A DNA stretch of 64,000 bases from Takakia lepidozioides (lineage: Eukaryota > Plantae > Bryophyta): positions 29,450,001-29,514,000 of the forward strand of contig CM060733.1 of NCBI GenBank assembly GCA_030704615.1, written 5' to 3'. Positions 1 to 12,807 of this stretch are shown here, piece after piece. Within the stretch, counting starts at the first letter, position 1, and every line of letters starts with the position of its first letter. The notes under the pieces are model-generated. The model saw only the letters and a program-made list of their open reading frames with translations. It was not told the origin of the DNA and searched no databases. A program made the translations under genes and the position numbers.

Positions 1-83
1 GCTGGCTGTGGGGTTTGAACCCACGCGTGCTGAAGCACAGGCGATCTTAAGTCGCCCCCCTTAGACCACTCGGGCAAGCCAGC
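1..83 (-). tRNA. tRNA-Leu(TAA), nuclear type II tRNA; discriminator base falls just outside the window
   Basis: Reverse complement GCTGGCTTGCCCGAGTGGTCTAAGGGGGGCGAC-T-TAA-GATCGCC...GTGGGTTCAAACCCCACAGCCAGC. Acceptor stem GCTGGCT/AGCCAGC, anticodon stem GGCGA/TCGCC with loop CTTAAGA, long variable arm, T-loop GGTTCAAACC. Confidence 0.96.
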
Positions 84-454
84 CTTTGCATCGTAATACT
101 TTCCAGGGTGTTATATTTATATCTTTAAAGTTTGATGATAGAAAACACTATGTATGTATGGCAAATGTGCTTTCCCCTCGCTCGGTCAGGTCTCTCTCTC
201 TACCTCCTTACCAATCAAAACCTTAAACCCTCCATGCAAATCCACCATCCAGACCTTAATCTTATCAAAGCAATCATTGATATTGTTTCCTCTTTGCCAC
301 TACAAATCCACATACACAAAGTTCGGTCTCATACACACATAGTGGGCAATGGAATAGCGGACCAAATGGCTCAACTTGATCCACTCAACCTATTGCCAAC
401 CCATCTAATGACCATATTTATTTGGCACACATATCCATTCTAGCTGGTCTCAAC

Positions 455-1389
455 CAGTGTTGTGCGGGTCCGGGTTTTGAAGGCGGGTACCCTGGCGGGT
501 TAGGATCCAGGTTACCCGGATCAGCAACCGGACCCGTGCTATCACAAAAAACCCGGACCCTGACCCGGGTTCATTTCTAAAATGAACGAGGAACCGGACC
601 CGCCTGCTGGGTACAGAACCCCTTAAGCCCACTACCCGCGAGCCAATGTAGCGGGTCCGGTCTTAATTTTAAATTGGGCACCTGGGGTCCACCTTAGATT
701 TGGTAGGTTTTGTCATATGTGTGTGGAGGGGACCAGCAGCAATAGGCCACTGCAGCGGCCAGCCCCACCACGCTATAGCCCAGTGGTAATGCCCACACAC
801 CACCTCAAAAGCGGTTGTGGGTTCAATCCACGGAGTGGTGTCACAAAGTTGTGCCCTATGGGACCATAATTTACACCTCCCAAAGGAGGCGTCTTATATT
901 ATTATTAGGCCAGATCCCACACATCCATGCTATAGTGATCTACCCTTGAGGCATATTACTATTCTTAACATGTTTAAAGAATTGATATTGAAAAATAGAA
1001 AATGGAACTCAAACTTCTATTTTAATTCTTATTCGTGGTATACATATTCATATTCATGGTATATTTTGAAGGAATTTCTTTTAAAATAAAATTCATTATT
1101 AGGATTTAAAGTTTTTTCCAGCCAAAATAATTTTATCCCTAATTAATCTTATTTTTCTAATTTATTTAATCAATAAATTAGGACCCGGATCCGAACCCAT
1201 GAACCCGCTAATATTTCCCAATAACTACCCGGACCCTAACCCGAGTCCGTGTTGACAAATCTGGACCCGAACCCGGACCCCGATTTTCCAAATTTCAAAA
1301 ACCCGGATCCGGACCCGGACTTGGCTCCGAAAAAAACCCACACCCGGACCCGGCGGGTTCCTTAAAAAGGCAGAACCCGCACAACCCTG
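455..1389. mobile_element. Non-autonomous hAT-type element (MITE), 935 bp
   Basis: Perfect 8-bp TSD GTCTCAAC (447-454 and 1390-1397). TIRs CAGTGTTGTGCGGGT / ACCCGCACAACCCTG match 14/15. Dense subterminal ACCCGGACC repeats at both ends. Confidence 0.93.
768..900 (+). mobile_element. tRNA-derived SINE copy inside the hAT MITE
   Basis: A-box TAGCCCAGTGG and B-box GGTTCAATCC. Shares head and 3' end (ACCATAA..ACCTCC-N4-GGAGGCGTC) with the copy at about 12810-12970. Confidence 0.7.
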
Positions 1390-2373
1390 GTCTCAACTAA
1401 GGCTAGATTCCCAGATATAGTCCATATGGGATCTACGTACGTACATTGTAGGAGAAATCAAAGAACTACTAGAGGCATCCCGCACCTACACAAATTCCTA
1501 CATACCCTAGGGGGTCTCCTCCCCACACCTACTACACAACATGTTCCTCTATAGTTATCGATGCCCAAATTAGACAAACACTACGATTTCGATATGGCCA
1601 AATACATGGGTAACCAAGACGAACCATGTCCTGGCCTTTATTATACCCTAACAAACATTGTACGTTATGCCATGTCTAACCACCCAGAATAGATATATGG
1701 CCACACCTTCTTGACATAATCAAGGAGTTAACTATTGCTAAAAGTTTGTGTCACACCTTAGGTCCAGATGGTTGAACCTCATCAATGCAGAAACGTTCCA
1801 AGGAAGGCAATCAGATCCCCCTATACTCTACCATGCACATGGGTCCACCCTTGTTGCTGCCTATGAAGACTATGTCCGGATATCTTACTTTTTCATGGTC
1901 TCCCTATCATATCGGCATTACCGACAATGCCACTCTCATCCCTCACCATTCATATTATAGACTTTGCATTCGATAGTACCCAGACCAATCGATTACATAT
2001 AAACCTTACAAATACGAACTCTTCGTACCGGTCCTTCGTCAGGATGGATGGAACGTGGCCCCCTTGACTATTACCACCGCAGGTGTGGGGGGCGCACATA
2101 GCCATAATGTCCACATCCTAAAAAACAACCTCAAACTTCTTTTTAAACACACCACCTCTTTACTACGCACCATACATTTTACAACCATCACATCGCTCAC
2201 TGCTTTAATCCTAAAATGGGAAAGTAGCTAGCTGACCACTATGTGACTGGTCCCAATGCTCTATCCAGCCCTGAAAGGGACAGTACCTACAAAGGGAGGA
2301 GGCTCTTATTTACGCTAGCTCTTATTTATGCTATATATATATTACAAAATTTATTTCATTTACATTACAAAAT

Positions 2374-2950
2374 TTATTTCATTTCATATTTGACCGGTGC
2401 GACGTGTGTTGATTTCATGTAGTAAACAGATTTGTAATATGAATGTTGTTTTGGAAGCAAATTTATTTTTTGGTTGTTTACATAATTTCTTAAATGTGTT
2501 CTCATGCATGGTACAGTTGTATTTAATCTAAATGCTATGTATGTGACATAAGCAATCAGAAATACGCCACACGATAAATTGTCAATTTGTTGCATGACAT
2601 CAACATTGATGTAATTGAGTTGATTAAGTTTGTTAAATGCTTTTTTTAGTTGATAATCTTTTATTTTGCGGACATGCTCAAAACAAATACTTAACATTGA
2701 ATTTGTTTCGTTTGGATTTATCATAGTTAAAATCTAACAATGATTGTTGTTAGTGAACACGTATTGTAAATATATCTTGTTTATTTGGATTTGCACAACA
2801 GAGTTAAATACACATTCTGATAGTTGGTGGTAACCTTGTTTTCTCAATTGCTGCTCTAAAAGTATTTGCATCGCAGCTACTATATGTTGATCAGACAACC
2901 ATCTCTTATTATCTAACAAATTTGCTTATCCGTAGATGTTCCAATGATGT
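2374..2950 (-). pseudogene. Ulp1/C48-like cysteine protease fragment, probably TE cargo
   Basis: WLSDQHIVAAMQIL ... NNH(C) ... QQIDNLSCGVFLIAY ... MRTHL over two broken ORFs; matches the His and Gln-x5-Cys motifs of Ulp1 peptidases. Confidence 0.65.
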
Positions 2951-4003
2951 ATATCTGTACATTTTGTGTCAAATTTTTCTTTTCAAAATTGATTTCTATT
3001 GTATCAAGTCGTGTAGAAAATAATTGTGAGTAAAAACTTGTTCTTCAAAATCAATTATTTCTCTGGTTGTCCCGAACTAACTAATTAAAAGAATCAATCG
3101 GGACCACCAAAGCTGGTGGTCTTGGAATTTTTTTTTTAATGTTTTTAATAAATCGAGACCCATACAAAGCACCCCATATTTAAAAAACTCATCTAGACCT
3201 ACAATTCGACAAGGTAGTAAACCAATCCACCAATGTGTTTTTATTGCCATTGTATAATCTTACCAACTTTTGAGGTATGATGCATAAATTGAACCAAACG
3301 CAATGTTATACTGTTGGAATTTGTGGATGAATGGTGGTAAGTATGCACTAATACTCTTAGTGCTAGGTACCAAAAAAAGCCAAAAACTTGTTGAAAACCA
3401 CTAAGGAGATTAAGGATTAACAATATCTATATTGATGTAATTTTCCATATTCTATCTATTATATAATGTTATTTTATTTTGAAAAATAACTAAAAGACAG
3501 TGACAGAAGCCTAGAAATGCATTCAAAATGATCACGAAAAGAACAACATTGGGCCATGAAAGCTTACTAAGGAGATAACCACCCAGTCACCCTCCAATTT
3601 TGTTAGATTTTGAAGTTTAACATTTATTTCATTTTAATTATAAGTTTTTTTATTCGTTGTTTTGCAAGTTATGACGTTATGACTCTTTACTAAATTTCCT
3701 ACAAGATTCGTTTTTTGACACCTAAAAATTACTACCCATGCCATAAAATGAGGCTAAATATCTATCAATGATCATCCAAAAAAATGAACCTTACACATAG
3801 CTGCGCACCTGGTGCTTGCATGCACTCACCAATAATGAACTTGTTTCACCGTAAAATATGGGAGATTATATGGTTTTAAAGAGGATGGACTTTTTGTTTT
3901 TGTTTTTGAGAACAAAGTTTTTTAGCCTTGACCAACTAATTTAAGAGGTTTTCAAATTTTTGTGGAGTGTTTATTCCACACATTCCTAATTTGTGGTAGG
4001 AAT

Positions 4004-4583
4004 GGGTAGATGTAGGGTTGGGTGGCTCAAAAGTTGCAGATGTTGAGTCCATTGGAAGTCCATGAAATTCTATTTTGTCCATATACCAAATGATCATTCT
4101 AGATTATAGGTTTGTAGTTTGTAGGCCTTTTTAGTTAAAGATGATACCCGAAAAACCCAATATTATGGACTAGACTAAATCAACCTATTCTTTAGATGTC
4201 AAATAGTCCATAGCTCTCAATTCCTTTAGGTAACTACATATAAAAGTGGATTTGGATTGATTTCAGAAATGGCACACCTACTTTGTTTTCATTTCTATCT
4301 CATATGAGTGTAGATCCATTTTTTTAAGTCCATAAGATTTTATGCTATAACATCTGCAGTCCACAGTAATCATCTTTAAAAGTCCATAGCTCTGTAATAT
4401 TTTATTTTTTATTTTTTATTTTTTTGTAATATAACAATTAATACACATTTCTATTGTAGTTAGAAACCTTACACCAACCAAACTTACGTGAAATTTTGAT
4501 TTGTTGAAAACATATAGTTGAAATCACGGATGGAGATCATTGCAGAAACTGCCATGTTACGCAATTTCACCCTGCATCTACCT
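4004..4583. mobile_element. MITE with GGG termini and 4-bp TSD (Sola-like)
   Basis: Ends GGGTAGATGTAGGGT / ACCCTGCATCTACCT, flanked by GAAT on both sides. Interior is related to the elements at 48550 and 54520. Confidence 0.65.
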
Positions 4584-7500
4584 GAATGTCATGTCTAGAT
4601 AGAAAATGAGGGGAAAAAATCATGTTTAGCATGGGGTGCTTGAATGTGTTTTCAATACCAAGATTTCAAAAATAGGATTTTGCCCCATAAGAGGCTATGA
4701 ACAATTGCTCAAATATCAAATCCCTCTGGTGAGGGAGTGACTCCCATTACACCTACATCGTGGTCCAAATTGTGCCCACATCCAATGGGTCTGTCCGCCA
4801 ATGGCCCCCTCATTATTTGTGCAAGACATGGCCAAGCAGAGATGGCCACGTAGTATTCAACTGTGCGTGGCCCCCTCCATGCAAGAGCAATTCTGATCTC
4901 ATGGTTTTGGGAAATTTGTGGACGTGGCAGACTTACTCCAAATGGCATGCTGCCAATTCGAGATGATTTGTCATGTCCTCAGGTCTAATATTGTTGAAGA
5001 AACAAGGTAAAAATAGCTACATCTACAAAAATTACATTAAATTTTTCATGTTCTATGAAACCCGAAATGGGATTGTTAAGAGTTAATGTCATTTATACTG
5101 AGGTCTCGACGCTACAAAACAATCAGTTTTAAAATAAAATAATAAAATAAAATAAAATAGGCTTGCTTGATATATTGATGGTGTGATCACTTTACACCAA
5201 AATTATGACATTGCTTTTGTTTGGAGGCGAATACCACTTAATGGCCTTAATTGGGGCAATGTAATTTTGCGCCCAACCCTCCTCCAAACACTCAAAAATC
5301 CCCAAGCACCACACAATAAGTAACCAGTTGATTCAGTTACCTCATTTTTGTAGATGGATTGGCAATAATGGGTGACATCCAAATTACATCCACATGATTT
5401 TGAGCTGACTAATTGTAATGTGACATTGTGCCCTAAACACTGGCCTATATGTTGATACTCCAATTCAAATTAAAGCTTTGTGAACTCGCAACTTGTAGTT
5501 CAGGCAATAGAATTTGAATGTTAATTTACTATGTGAGATAGCAATCATTACTTGATTACTTCGCAAATGCTCATCTCTTTAGAGGAATGAGGTGAATCTA
5601 CCACACAATATATATAGAGGTCAATAACCTCCTAGGTTAGTTTTGGTTTTATCCAACGGCTACAATATTTAATAAATCTACACATTGAGCAAGTGGAAGC
5701 TATCTAATTTTTGAATACTAATATGATTGCATAATATATTAAATATGAGTTACTATTTCACTAAATGATTTAGCGAGAATTTGACTAGATGTTGAAACAT
5801 ATTTGGATAGTTGTTTTCCTGACATCAACACTCAAATCCCAACCTTATGTGCAATCATAATCCTGGATGTGCATAACGTAGCAAGAAGATATTGTCCATG
5901 CCCAAAAATAAATAAATAAAATACAAATCTATACTCACTAGATGATTCTTTTGTCGATTCTTTGTCATTGAACGAGTGATTTCTGAAATTTCATACACAT
6001 CTGATTAAGGATTTTAAACTATAACTATTACACACATCTTAATGAAAGGTTGTAGTTTTTGCACGAGTCTTCTCTCTCTTTTTTGCTGAAATGCAAAGGT
6101 TTTTTTTGTGCACTAACTCTTATACATATATATGGCTTACCGACAACCCCCAACCCCCAACGGGCCCAATCCAAACCTCATTTTACACCATATTGACAAA
6201 TTTCCATGCCAATCACTCAACTTCAAATAAGAAAAATATGTCGCTTGATCTTCAACGAGGCTGGTGGATCAACCCCCTCGTCGTAATCACTCCCCGAGTC
6301 CTTGGTGGCATCCACTCCCGGAGCAAAAGCTTGAGAACAATTAGCTGCCGATCTAAGCCCCTCTTCCCTACATTATCCCTTAAACGCCCATCGAGCCCAT
6401 TTTGGGCGTTTGACCTCATTTGGAGTTTAGTAACTTTTTCAAATTTTATCCGATTTTTGTGAAATCTGTGCCATTGAAAGGCCCCAGAAACTGGCCATCT
6501 GCTGCACTTTTCTGATTGAGCAGATGATGTGTTGTGAGGAAGTTGGGGTTTTGAAGTGCGATAGGATCTGCTGGGCCCCTCCCGCTGCTCTCGTTTGTTG
6601 ACCTCCCACGGTTTCCAGCTTCGTCTTTCATTCGCGCGCTTTGTGTCACGGTCGTGGGACCTTGCTTGCAGGTGTCCATTGCTGATGTGCAGGTTGCCAT
6701 TGCTGGAGTTGCATGCTTGTCTCTCAAGCGAGCTTAGTGTCTCTTGCAATTACTTGCTTGCTTGTATGTGTTATCTTGCTTTGTGTGAAACTACATAAGT
6801 GTCTGCTCTTCCATAGCTTGCACCTATTATTTGTCTTTACAAGTTCTCTTGGAGGCGACAAGGTCATCAAGGCATTGCGGCTATGTCAGTGGTCGTTTCC
6901 ATCGCCGGCGCAATCCTTCCTCTAGCTCTGTGCTGCAAGTAATGGGGTTTGGAGATTCCCCTCCCCCACCACCTGCTCATTTAGCCGCGGAGGCTGTTGT
7001 CATCGGTCACTGGGCGGAGAGCTTGGGAGCATCTGGAGAGCAGATTGCAAAGCTGCTTGGGGCTTTGAACGATGACTACCTATTGGAGATGAAAAAGGCC
7101 TGCACGGGTGTCACGGCCTTTGTTTCCTAGGCATGCTAATTTTTGCTACTTGTGGAGAAAACAAGCAGCTGAGATCTTGGGTTGGATTGAGCGAAAAGAG
7201 GAAGGCCATAAGGGTGGTTTCTCTCTTGAAGTCAATGTTGTGTTGAGGAGCAAGATCCGGCCTAACTTTGAGAATTCTGCCAGCTCCCAGTATGAGATTG
7301 AAAAGTCTGGCACGTTCTCTGGGTAAGAATGATTCTTTGCCTGCTTTTCTTTCTAATTTCTCACAAGATGATTCAATCCCTGCGTTCTCATTGCAAAGCT
7401 CACAAGTGTGTGTGGAGGATGTTGCTAGGTATAGTCAGTCAGGGTTTGATTGTGGATCTGTGGGATGTTATGTCAAGGTGGCAGTCAAGGACTTGCATGT

Positions 7501-8489
7501 GGAAGATATGTCTTCCTCGTCCAACACACATGCACCCGAATTTGTATTTGGCATTGTGTTGGAGAGAACTTGGGACATTGTGGCGGAATCCCATTTCTAC
7601 CCCTGCTTCCATGAATGATTTTTTTGGTTTGCCTGAAGAGGAGCCACTCCACGATACTGACAATGTGGGTTCCGAATTGGATGACTCCGATTTTGACTAT
7701 GACCCACATGAAGAAGCTAAGCATGATCCTGCTGCATCTGGTGACCCAGACCTGTGAGATATATTGTGTGGACACGGGCAATCCCGCTCATGAGGTGGGC
7801 CAATATTCTGAAAACTGGCAGGATTGGCCTGCAGCTGCAGACATGTTTGCTGACGATATGTAGAATTCTTCCACTAACCGTTTGGATGAGGTAGTGTGGA
7901 GAGGTCCTGAGCCAGACCCTAACTTTCAAATTCCTTTTGGTGATGATCCAACCCCTCCAGATTTTTTTAATAACTTGTTCTGGCCAGTGTCAATCATGCG
8001 GAAGATTCGACTTCAAACCAACATCTATGCTTAAACTTTGAATTGCAAAGGAAATTTGAGGGGGGGCTGGTGGTACCCTCTCACAGTAAACGAATTACAA
8101 GCGTGGCTAGCTCTGCACATTCTAATGGGCATAAAGAAATTGCCTAACACTCGTTGTTATTGGACAACCACATTCTTCAACTACACTTCCATAATGCGGA
8201 TTATGAGTCGTAACCGGTGGGAGGCCATGCTCCGGTGCCTCCACTTGTAGACAATAGCACGGTGGTGGTAGACAGTGGAGCCCCTGGATATGATAAATTA
8301 GCCAAGACCCGCTAGTTAATAGATGTTTAGAATGAGCTGTATGCAAAGTACTGGGATGCTGATCAGAACCTATTGACGAAATGATGTGAAATACAAAGGG
8401 AAGTATTCTATTTATTGCAGCAATACATGGCTAAAAAACCAGTCAAGGAAATTAACATCTGGTGGTTGGCTTGGTCTATTTCAAGGTAT

Positions 8490-9796
8490 CACTACATGAA
8501 AAATGGGGGGGGGTTTTGACGTCGCGGCCACGCCGCGGCGTCGTAAAACAGCCTTTTTCGGGCGGGGGGAAGAACCAAATTTGCGACGCTCGGACGTCGC
8601 AAGCCCGTCCCAAGGGCGTTGCCAAAAAAACGTCGCAAATTTGCGACCAATGGGGGTCGCAAAAAGGCGAAACCGCGATTTGCGACACCGACGCCCGGGT
8701 GTCGCCCAACAAAAAAAAAAACCCTACTCTGCATTGCAGAATTAGCATCGTCCGGGGGTCGCAAAGTACGACGCCCGGACGTCGCAATTTAAGGGGGTAC
8801 ATTTGAATTCGGCGGGAAAATTTGAATTTAAAAAACTTGTTGACCATTGACTCCAGTTCTATCTAATGACGATATATTCATTGTTCTACATATATCATGC
8901 AATGCATACTTGAACCTAAGACCTCCACGTTATAACATTTCTAAGCCACTATAGACTAACCAACATACCTACGTTACATATATGTGTCAAGGACGAGAAC
9001 ATGACTAAACACAAACAAGAGATCAAACTAGAGGTACAAGACTAGACAAGAAGTCAAGGTCGGCGTGGCCGAATGCATGGTGGGTAAACATGAATCAAGA
9101 TGATCTTTATAACAATGGATAAGAGTACAAGATACTGGAACTCGACTCGAATACTGGAAACTGGATTATGGTACCAGATACTGGAAACTGGACTAGAGTA
9201 CTAGAAGCTGGACTGGAGTATTGGGACTGAGAACAAGAGTAGCTTAAACTTGTATTGGCGAGACTGAAGATTGTCCAGTCTCGCCTCCTATATATACTGG
9301 CTACTAGGAGGTTCCCTAAGATGCTTCCCCAAAGGAGGTTTCTTGATGGAGAAGTTTCCTTAAACAAAAGAGGTATCTCGATGGAGAAGTTTCCCAATTT
9401 ACTCTCGGTAATTTGATAAACTCCCGGTAACTTGATAACTAATGGTAACTTATGATAGATCATGGTAGATTACGATAACTTGGTAACTTCTGATATTTAC
9501 TCCTGGTAAGTTCTTCTGGGCTATGTCCGTGACACTATGTATCACAAAAGCTATATATATATATATATATATGAAGATTTCCTTCAAGTTCCTTCTAAGG
9601 GGTCATCTTGTGACGCCTGGGAATTCATGCCACCTTGCGACGGCTGTGCGTCGCAATGGTGTCGCAGCAGGGGATTGCGACGTCGGGGTGTCGCAAAAAA
9701 TTCAGCGGGCTCAGCGCCGCGGGTTCAGCGCCGCACGAGGTGTGGGGGCGCGGCTAGCGTCGCAACCCCCCCCCCCCCTCCCCATTTGCTGTAGTG
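8490..9796. mobile_element. Non-autonomous CACTA (EnSpm) element
   Basis: Termini CACTACA... / ...TGTAGTG, 3-bp TSD TAT (8487-8489 and 9797-9799), and subterminal TTGCGAC/GTCGCAA repeats. The transposase sequence resumes after removal. Confidence 0.93.
8985..9534. mobile_element. Solo LTR inserted in the CACTA element
   Basis: TGTCAAGGAC...GTCCGTGACA ends (TG..CA with a 9/10 inverted repeat). Flanks ATATG/CTATG give a 4/5 TSD. Internal ACTGGAAACTGGA tandem repeats. Confidence 0.75.
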
Positions 9797-12700
9797 TATG
9801 TGTTCAAGACGGAGGTGTATCCTTGCAGGGAGGAAGATATGGAATTGACTTATGGCATGGGTTATTCTGTTGTAACTAGGTTGCTATCTGGACTTCAGGG
9901 GAAATGACATATTGTCACAATGGACAATTTCTTCTCGAGCCCCTTGCTTTTCTATGATCTTGCTGTCAAAGGTATCTATGCTACTGGCACTCTGAAGACA
10001 GTGCATGTGGGGTTCCCATCATGTCTTGACTTGTCGAAAAACAGGAGAGAGAGGTAGGCTGGACTACCGCATGCATATCTCTAACAATCAGCTAATTGCT
10101 TTGTCTTGGTATGATAACAAATGTGTGAACCTGCTCAGTACTATTGTGAGCCCGGTGGCTAAGAATTGTTTCATTCAAAGGTGGCACCGTGGTGCCCGCC
10201 GTCTTGTTCCCACCTCCCCCCATCATGAATCACTACCAACAACACATGAGGGGGGTTGATGTGTATGATCAGTTACGCGGTTACTACTCCGTACAAAACC
10301 GTGACCACAAGTGGTGGCAGGTTGTTCTTTCATTCGGTGAACACGACCTTGGTGAATTCCTACTTGCTGTATCAGGCCTTCATGAAACAGAAGGGTCGGA
10401 GCCCCCGATCACATCTTTTTTACAATATTTCAGTGGCCAGAGGACTGACTGTTGGGTGGCTTCGTTCAAGGAGAACAGTTCAGCCAGGGTGCTATGTCCC
10501 AAAACCTCAAGCAGTTCACTTCTCCGTAGAAGAAGGAAGTGTGTGGAGTGTGGTTGCAGGCAGAGGTACTACTGCCAGGCACGTGGAGATGTCCATGCGT
10601 GTTTGGGTGCTTGTTTTTTTGAAACGTCACAACCATGATGGACTTTGAAGTTGATGAGTTAACAGTTCTGGATTGTTTGCAACTGCAGAGATATGGCTGG
10701 TGCATGCAAGGAGGTTCCCACATCTTCCCACTTTCCTTCTTTCATTGTTTCTCTTTGTCTCATTCTGAACACACTAACTAGTTTAGGTATGGGAGCATCT
10801 ATGCTTGTCCTCGCTGTGAAGATGACATATCAGTGTCTATGCTGTCACCTTGGCAAGTAAAATCAGATTTGGTAGGACGGGTTGATGCAGGTGCTTGTGT
10901 AGTAGCTGTTGTCACCATGATGGACATGGAACTCTAAGATGCGGCATAGTAGATGTTAGCTTACAAACATTGTCAATTTGGCTAGAGCTGCAATTTTGTG
11001 GGGCTTAGTGTGGTGAAGCCCAATGTGGTTTGCTGCCCATTTTGTCTGGTTTCAGCTAGTGCATGTTTTGTAGGGCTAATGCTGCAGCTCAATGGTGCCA
11101 ATGCAGATTTTGTAGGCTATGCAGATTTTCAGTTGAATGAGACTCCAACTCAATGTTGTTGTCTGGAAATTTTGTAGGCCGACTTGTGCAGCTGAATGAA
11201 TCTACTGCATATTTGGAAGAGCTACTAGAGCTCAATGGCTAGTGTTGAAGGCATTAGCAAGGTCATAACTAGGTAAGTGTTAGTCCCCTGGCCATTCCCC
11301 CCTTTTGTTAATGCATGAGCTATCAATGGGACAATCATATGGGTTCAAATCCCACTCATGTATTTCAGCTTAGGAGGTGCAAGGGGGGATGGTGGTTTGC
11401 TATGTCAAGGTGGTACCATAGGGCAGGGCCTGTTGATTGAGAGCTTCATGCAAAATCACAAACACTAGCAGAGTAGTTGAAATGAAAAATGGACCCCCCT
11501 CACTTTGACCAAGTGTCACGTAGCCCTCATAAGTTGGCCAAATCCCTTCATTTTTCTCTTGTTGGATGAAGCATCCCAGGGGGATGCACTGGGAGCAAAT
11601 TCAGCCCAGATGGATGTCATCCCGTCACATAATCTCCCAAATTACCAGATCCAAATTAATTTATCTTACAAGGGCTTAAAAAATGGGCCCCATACTCAAC
11701 ATTGGAAAATTCGCAAGTCTAGATGGATTGCCTCCAAATTTGGCATGTAAGTGCAGGAGGTAGGTGAGATACTAATGTCCGGTCAAATTTTGGAATTTTC
11801 CATTTTCCAGCGAGATATCTCCATTTTTCGATGCTGGGGTCCGTTTTTCCCAAAAAGTCAACAAGGGGGTGTGGGTGTTTAAGGGTTATAGAGCCCACCC
11901 CCAAAAGGTGAATATATGTACCCCAAGTCATTCGAAAATAAAATCAACCAAAGCGGGGCGGACGGCTAAGAGGTTGTCGGAAGGAGGGTGGCTATTGCAT
12001 ACGGCCCCACATGGCTATTGCATGCCTTTGCAATTGCATGTGGGGCCATTTGGCGACTGCATGCAAGCGCTAATGTGACGAATGTTTTAGAATGTGATGA
12101 TGTTGTAGGGTGCGAGGGTGGGGAGTTGGAGTAGCAAAATAGAGTTAACATGAGAGAGGTGAGGAGAGAGGCATAGCCAAGAGAGAGGGCCTGCCATAGC
12201 TATGCAACAGAGGGTTTAAGGATTGCTAACCAACGGTGCTACAATGAAGAGGAAGGTATAAAGGGTCTACAACAACTACACATATATATTTATATAGGGA
12301 TTTTATGGGACACAAGTTGTATTTTTGACATGATTTTTCTGCTCCAAATTACTTCCACGATGCACTCGGGTCTGCTCGATTTCGACGTTCCATGGCTACG
12401 GATTGATATTTTCCAGATTCGAGGTGAATATGCCTCTTAGTTAGGCCATTATATACATATATAATGTATATATCTCTCAACACTTGTTGTCTAGTTCTAA
12501 GTTTAGACATTTGAGCTCTACAAGTAGAACCCAACTATTTGTAACTAAATTTAATCTTACTTTGATCTTACTCATTTAAGTGACAAAATTGTCGCCAAGC
12601 CGTCAATAAATGTGGAATTAGGACATGCCTTACTCTACGCACTCGATATATATGCCATACACACTCAACACCCCAACAAAAAAGACTACAAAACAACAAT

Positions 12701-12807
12701 GAATCATGTGCGTCGTCTCTCCACATGTCACTGTGAACTGAATTGAGTGAATAAAAACAAATATAACGTAAGGGAGGAATGAAAAAAAAGAAAAAAGAAA
12801 AAGAAAA

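Larger units (their letters stand above)
132..2312 (+). mobile_element. 5'-truncated, degenerate non-LTR retrotransposon with RNase H, CxxC knuckle and restriction-like endonuclease (Dualen/RandI-like); interrupted by a hAT MITE
   Basis: RNase H C-terminal motif IHIHKVRSHTHIVGNGIADQMA (about 305-372). After the MITE, across frameshifts: DAQIRQTLRFRYG.YMGN, WPLLYPNKHCTLC...DIWPHLL, then RLE-type RLCPDIL...TIHIIDF...KYELFVPVLRQDGWNVAPLTITTAGVGG (about 1865-2095). Boundaries are approximate. Confidence 0.72.
7610..10640 (+). pseudogene. piggyBac (DDE_Tnp_1_7/PGBD-like) transposase pseudogene, split by a CACTA insertion
   Basis: Acidic N-terminal region, then QTNIYA...LTVNELQAWLALHILMGIKKLP...YW...IMSRNRWEAMLRCLHL; VTMDNFFSS..LF..L..KGIYATGTL; LSWYDNKCVNLLST; YQQHMRGVDVYDQLRGYY...KWW; C-terminal Cys-rich RRKCVEC...YYC...C...CF. 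Several stops and frameshifts. Confidence 0.92.
6377..11885 (+). mobile_element. Full-length degenerate piggyBac-superfamily transposon with TTAT TSD
   Basis: TIRs CCCTTAAACGCCCAT (6377) / GTGGGTGTTTAAGGG (11885), with TTAT directly on both flanks (6373-6376 and 11886-11889). Encloses a piggyBac transposase pseudogene. Confidence 0.85.

Noticed and set aside
768-900. Additional tRNA genes at about 770, 12900, 34200 and 36500
   Set aside because: A/B boxes only; no acceptor or anticodon stems. These are SINE-like.
8462-8847. Overlapping ORFs of 80-123 aa
   Set aside because: They arise from GC-rich CACTA subterminal repeats.
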